The notes under the pieces were generated by a model. The model had not been told where the DNA came from, did not search any database, and saw only the letters and a list, made by a program, of their open reading frames with translations. From Planctomycetota bacterium (lineage in GTDB: Bacteria > Planctomycetota > UBA8108 > UBA8890 > UBA8898): a DNA stretch of 31,086 nucleotides. The DNA lies in NCBI GenBank assembly GCA_041308205.1, contig JBFZCA010000003.1, positions 1 through 31,086 of the forward strand, in the 5' to 3' direction. The translations under genes were made by a program, and so were the position numbers. Each line of letters opens with the position of its first letter. The first letter of the stretch is position 1. Shown piece after piece: positions 27,074 through 31,086 of the stretch.

Positions 27074-28525
27074 ATGGTTGCGTTCGTTCTCGCTCTCGGC
27101 ACGCTCGTCCTGGGCGGCGAGGCGCCGCGCATCGATCTCGCCGACTGGCCCGTCCGGATCGGCGGCGAGGCGCAGCTCTTCGCCGACGACTTTCTCGTCG
27201 CCCGCGGCGAGCGCATCGAGTACGCGCTCCACCGGCCCGAGAAGCATCCCGCGAATCCGCTCGTGACGCCCGCGCCGTCCGTGGAGCGGCTCGTCCTTGC
27301 CTATGGCTCGGTCATCCGGGAGAAGGAGGGCGGCCCGTTCCGTCTCTGGTACACGAACGACACGGGCATCGCCTACGCGGAGAGCGCCGATGGAGTGCGC
27401 TGGGAGAAGCCCGCCGTGGGAATCGCACGCGACGGCCGGCCGACGAACATCCTGACGCGCGGGCATCGCGGCCGCTCCGACACCCTGACCGTGTTCCTGA
27501 ACCCGGATGCGTCCGACATCGAGCGGAAGTACCTCGCGTACGTCTTCGAGTACCGCTTCCCCGACCGCGACGGCGTGCGCGAGGAGCGGCGCGAGGGGCT
27601 CTACCTGCGCGCGTCGCCCGACGGGATCGCGTGGCGCGAGCGGCCGGAGCCGGTCATGTACAGCATGTGGCGGAACCCCGCCGACCGGCCCGCGGGGACC
27701 GAGGGCGACCTGGGCGATGTCCACCACGTGAGCTGGGATCCCAAGCTCGGGAAGTTCATGGGGCACGTCAAGCTCTCGCTCGGCGGCGTCCGGAAGCGCG
27801 GCCTGACCGAGAGCGACGACGGGATCCACTGGTCGCACCCGCGCCTCATCCTCGAGGCGGACGAGCGCGACCGACCCGGCGACCAGACGTACTCGATGAT
27901 CGCGTTCCCGTACGAGAGCGTGTGGCTCGCCTACGTCGGCCTGTATCACAAGGGGACCGATGACCGGATGGACATCCAGCTCGCCGTGAGCCGCGACGGG
28001 CGGAACTGGTCGCGGCCGCTGCGCGGCGCGTTCCTCGCCAACGGGCCGGCCGGCGCCTTCGACTGGGGCGTTCTCCACATGGCGGCCAATCCTCCCATTC
28101 GCGTCGGAGATGCGCTGTGGATCTACTACGGGGGCTACGACACCGTGCACGGGACGAAGCTTCCCGACGTGCGGCAGTTCGGCATCGGGCTCTCGATGCT
28201 CAGGCCGGACGGCTTCGTGTCCGTGGACGCGCGGGGGACGCCGGGATCGCTCGTGACGCGGCCGCTCTGCTTCGAGGGCGGGAAGCTCGCCGTGAACGCA
28301 TCGATCGGCGCGGGCGGGTCGCTCGCGGTCGCCGTGCTCGACCGCTCCTACCGCCCCCTCGAAGGCTACCGGCGCGAAGACTGCGCGCCGCTCTCGGGCG
28401 ACGGGCTCGGGCTGCCCGTGCGCTGGAAGACAACGAACACGCTCCCGCCCGCCGGCGAGGAGCGCCACGTGCGCCTCCAGTTCTTCCTGGCCGACGCGTC
28501 GCTCTACTCCTTCCGCATCGAGTGA
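27074..28525 (+). CDS. Secreted five-bladed beta-propeller glycoside-hydrolase-like protein (GH32/GH43 clan-like)
   Basis: Signal peptide, LFADDF, KHPANP, FRLWY, AESADGVRWEKP, SDDGIHWS, QLAVSRDGRNW, LRPDGFVS. The family call is pattern-based. Confidence 0.55.
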   Translation: MVAFVLALGTLVLGGEAPRIDLADWPVRIGGEAQLFADDFLVARGERIEYALHRPEKHPANPLVTPAPSVERLVLAYGSVIREKEGGPFRLWYTNDTGIAYAESADGVRWEKPAVGIARDGRPTNILTRGHRGRSDTLTVFLNPDASDIERKYLAYVFEYRFPDRDGVREERREGLYLRASPDGIAWRERPEPVMYSMWRNPADRPAGTEGDLGDVHHVSWDPKLGKFMGHVKLSLGGVRKRGLTESDDGIHWSHPRLILEADERDRPGDQTYSMIAFPYESVWLAYVGLYHKGTDDRMDIQLAVSRDGRNWSRPLRGAFLANGPAGAFDWGVLHMAANPPIRVGDALWIYYGGYDTVHGTKLPDVRQFGIGLSMLRPDGFVSVDARGTPGSLVTRPLCFEGGKLAVNASIGAGGSLAVAVLDRSYRPLEGYRREDCAPLSGDGLGLPVRWKTTNTLPPAGEERHVRLQFFLADASLYSFRIE

Positions 28526-28550
28526 GGGAACCATGCGACATCTCGGCGAC

Positions 28551-28577
28551 AAATCAGTGACTGTCCCCGGATTCCCC
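28551..28577. repeat. Possible REP-like half element (…GTGACTGTCCCCGGATTCCCC)
   Basis: Resembles GGGGACAGTCAC-type interspersed repeats recalled from other genomes. Single copy here. Confidence 0.25.
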
Positions 28578-28607
28578 TGACGCACGGCTGGCCTGCCGTG
28601 ATGCTCC

Positions 28608-28639
28608 ATGTAGACAATCGATGGTCTCTACATTAGACT
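28608..28639 (+). promoter_or_regulatory. TA operon promoter with overlapping inverted repeat
   Basis: TAGACA (28611-28616), 17-nt spacer, TAGACT (28634-28639). ATGTAGA-N12-TCTACAT dyad at 28608-28633. Confidence 0.5.
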
Positions 28640-28684
28640 GTGGGCGTGGAGCACGCCGCACGAGCGTGTGCCGGGAGGCTTGGG

Positions 28685-29002
28685 ATGCAGCGGCCTGTCG
28701 AGACGAAAGAGGAGGTGCTGGAGGCGCTCCGAGGAGCGCGGCAGGCGCTTCGAGAACTCGGCGTGCGACGCCTGGGACTCTTCGGTTCTTTCGCCCGCGG
28801 CGAGAGCTCCCGCGACAGCGACGTCGATCTGCTCGTGGAATTCGAGCCGGGCCGGAAGACGTTCGATCGCTTCATGGACGTGGCGTTCCTGCTCGAAGCG
28901 GTCTTGCGGCGGCGCGTCGAGATGGTCACGCCTGAATCGCTCAGCCCCTACATAGGCCCTCATATCCTTCGGGAGATCGAGTATGTCCCTGTCGCCGCTT
29001 GA
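28685..29002 (+). CDS. mntA: Minimal nucleotidyltransferase (MNT) antitoxin
   Basis: [24 protein letters not shown] (GSxARG...DxD). GGGAGG RBS. Confidence 0.9.
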   Translation: MQRPVETKEEVLEALRGARQALRELGVRRLGLFGSFARGESSRDSDVDLLVEFEPGRKTFDRFMDVAFLLEAVLRRRVEMVTPESLSPYIGPHILREIEYVPVAA

Positions 29003-29366
29003 GTACCTGCGGCATGTGCTCGATGAGGCAGATTACCTGTGCCGAGAGGCGACGTGCTTGACCAGGGCGCAGTTCCTTGCCGACGACAGGGCCAAGCGTG
29101 CGTTCGTGCGGAGTCTCGAGATCATCGGCGAGGCGGTGAAGAAGGTTCCCCAGGACCTGCGGTCTCGATACCCGGAGATTGCCTGGCGCGCCATGGCGGG
29201 GATGCGCGACAAGGTGATCCACGACTACTTCGGAGTCGACTGCGAAATCGTCTGGGACGCTGCCGCAACAAAGGTGCCCGTGCTGCAGAAACAGATCCGG
29301 ACGCTTTTGGCTCGAGAGGAACCGCCGGCCCTCAGAGGCTCCAGCCCCGGCGGTATTCCCACCTGA
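28983..29366 (+). CDS. hepT: HEPN (DUF86) RNase toxin
   Basis: [32 protein letters not shown] (R-x4-H). Overlaps mntA. Confidence 0.9.
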   Translation: MSLSPLEYLRHVLDEADYLCREATCLTRAQFLADDRAKRAFVRSLEIIGEAVKKVPQDLRSRYPEIAWRAMAGMRDKVIHDYFGVDCEIVWDAAATKVPVLQKQIRTLLAREEPPALRGSSPGGIPT

Positions 29367-30675
29367 CCCAGCGCTGCGCCTCCGGGTTGTTCGTGACCTT
29401 CAGGTTCTCCGGGTCCCAGGCGATGCGGCCGTCGGCGCGCTGGGCGACGTTGCCCAGGCAGCAGGTCTCCGTGACCGGGCCGGAGATGTCGAAGTTGGAG
29501 CACGCGGGCGGGCCGCCCTTGCAGGCGCGGACCCAGTCCATCTCGTGGCAGTCGGGCACGCGCGGCAGGGTCTTGGGCGGCGGCGCGAACTCCTTCATGC
29601 GCGCCTCGGGGAGCAGCCGCGCGCCGTTGCCGTAGACGCCGCAGGTGAGCATGCCGTTGGAACCCTTGAAGGTGACGCCGCCCTCGGACTCGCCGACCGC
29701 GGCCGCGTCATCGATGCCCTCGGGAAGCGGCGCGCGCATGCCCTCGTACCAGTTGAGCGTCACGGGCGGGAGGCTGCCGCGCGCGGGGAACCGGTAGGTG
29801 ACGATGGCCGAGAGCGGGTGCACCTCCTCCGAATTGCCGCACGTCGCGGCCTCGACCGTCGCCGGCGCGCCGAGCTTGAGCGCCGCGAACACCGGACCGA
29901 GGGTGTGCGCGCCGCGGTCGCCCATCATCCCCGAGCCGAAATCCCACCAGCAGCGCCAGACGCGCGGGTGATAGGCCGAGTGATACGGCCGCATCTTCGC
30001 CGGGCCGATCCACACGTCCCATTCGAGGCCCGGCGGCGGCGCGGGCGTCTCGGCCGGCCGGACGCCGACGGGCGCGCTCCAGCTCGCGTGGCCCCACGGG
30101 TAATACGTGAGGCTGCACCAGGCGTCGACCTCGGTGACCTCGCCGATGGCGCCGCTCCAGATCCACTCGCAGACGAGGCGGTGGGCCTCGCTCGACATGC
30201 CCTGGTTCCCGGTCTGCGTGGCGACCTTGGCCTCGCGGGCCGCGAGCGTCAGCGCCCGCGCCTCGTACACATCATGCGTGAGCGGCTTCTGGCAGTAGAC
30301 GTGCTTGCCCGCGCGCATGGCCGCCATCGAGATGACCGCGTGCGTGTGATCCGGCGTCGCGATGACGACCGCCTCGATGTCCTTCTGCCGCTCGAGCATG
30401 ACGCGGTAGTCCTTGTACGTCGCGGCGGCGGGATAGCGCTTGAACGTCCCCGCAGCGTACTCGAAGTCGACATCGCAGAGCGCGACGATGTTCTGCGACG
30501 CCACGCCGGCGAGGTTGGCGGCCCCCATGCCGCCGACCCCGATGCCGGCGATGCAGAGCTTGTCGGACGGGGCCGCGACCGTGCCGCCGAGCACGTGGCG
30601 CGGCACGATGGTGAGGGCGGACGCCGCGGCGGCCGCGCCGATGAACTTTCGCCGAGAGAACGCGCGTGCTGACAT
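29332..30675 (-). CDS. Gfo/Idh/MocA-family oxidoreductase with Tat signal
   Basis: [42 protein letters not shown]. Confidence 0.9.
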   Translation of the reverse strand: MSARAFSRRKFIGAAAAASALTIVPRHVLGGTVAAPSDKLCIAGIGVGGMGAANLAGVASQNIVALCDVDFEYAAGTFKRYPAAATYKDYRVMLERQKDIEAVVIATPDHTHAVISMAAMRAGKHVYCQKPLTHDVYEARALTLAAREAKVATQTGNQGMSSEAHRLVCEWIWSGAIGEVTEVDAWCSLTYYPWGHASWSAPVGVRPAETPAPPPGLEWDVWIGPAKMRPYHSAYHPRVWRCWWDFGSGMMGDRGAHTLGPVFAALKLGAPATVEAATCGNSEEVHPLSAIVTYRFPARGSLPPVTLNWYEGMRAPLPEGIDDAAAVGESEGGVTFKGSNGMLTCGVYGNGARLLPEARMKEFAPPPKTLPRVPDCHEMDWVRACKGGPPACSNFDISGPVTETCCLGNVAQRADGRIAWDPENLKVTNNPEAQRWVRWEYRRGWSL

Positions 30676-30840
30676 GCGAAGCTCCTTTCCTCGAGGCTCC
30701 CGCGGGCGCGGCCCGCCGCGCGCGGAGGCCTCGCGTGCGTGCCTTCATGCAGGATGCTATCCGAGGACGCGCGGGCGATCAACACGCGCGAGGGCGCTCC
30801 CTTCTTCAACACGGCGCCGATCTCGGGTACCATCGAGAGC

Positions 30841-30996
30841 ATGTCGCTCCAACGAACCGCATTCGTGCTGCTGCTCTGGGCGGCCTCGGCCGCCGCCGCC
30901 GAGGAACGCGCGGCCGCCGCCCTCGGGGCGGCCGAGGGCGGCGCGCGGTACGTGAGCGACATTGCCGATCGCGTCGCGCTTGCATGCGAGCAGGGC
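30841..30996 (+). pseudogene. 5' part of a secreted NPCBM/NEW2-domain protein, interrupted at 30994-30997
   Basis: Signal peptide MSLQRTAFVLLLWAASAAAA, then RYVSDIADRVALACEQG, which fits the NPCBM start xYLSDL...QGWG. Confidence 0.6.
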
Positions 30997-31086
30997 CGGG
31001 CGCGTGGTGCCCGAGGCCCTTGGCGTACTGCATGTCCCCCAGCCTGAGCGGCGTGGCCGGCCGGCCGTCGGGCGGCTTCACGGCCG
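30995..31086 (-). pseudogene. Next segment of the NPCBM domain, in inverted orientation
   Basis: Minus strand reads (T)AVKPPDGRPATPLRLGDMQYAKGLGHHAPG, which fits the NPCBM core PLxLxGxxYxKGLGxHAxS. Confidence 0.65.

Noticed and set aside
1-31086. tRNA, rRNA, riboswitch or classic intrinsic terminators
   Set aside because: No cloverleaf, rRNA-like tract or hairpin with a U-tract was recognised by eye. An Infernal/Rfam scan of 3944-5590 and 6967-7290 would be needed to exclude ncRNAs.

Overview
High-GC bacterial window, probably Planctomycetota-like (inferred from a dockerin-like tail, a sulfatase and an ELWxxDGT protein). Left to right it holds: (1) a carbohydrate/sulfate catabolic trio (beta-helix protein, sulfatase broken by an internal deletion, NagB-like enzyme); (2) a ~1.5 kb decay zone with BrnT and DUF433 fragments, a possible transposase stub and a 219-bp MITE; (3) an orphan RegB-like membrane histidine kinase divergent from (4) a ~9.6 kb energy operon, hdrC-hdrB-hdrA(N-half)-hydC/nuoE-hydB/nuoF-[NuoG-like FeS::hdrA C-half]-mvhD-mvhG-mvhA, in which HdrA is cut inside its inserted ferredoxin and a bifurcating-type NADH module sits in the cut; (5) a 6.66 kb integrase-less insert flanked by 108-bp direct repeats made of the 3' ends of two convergent genes, carrying one 2123-aa secreted HEAT-repeat protein with a C-terminal PI4K/HipA-like kinase whose N-lobe is duplicated; (6) an ELWxxDGT-dockerin protein, a beta-propeller glycosidase-like gene, an MNT-HEPN toxin-antitoxin pair and a Tat-exported Gfo/Idh/MocA oxidoreductase; (7) at the right edge, an NPCBM-domain gene whose next segment lies on the opposite strand, which looks like a short intragenic inversion. 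No rRNA, tRNA or CRISPR array was seen. All family calls come from motif recognition by eye; no database search was run.
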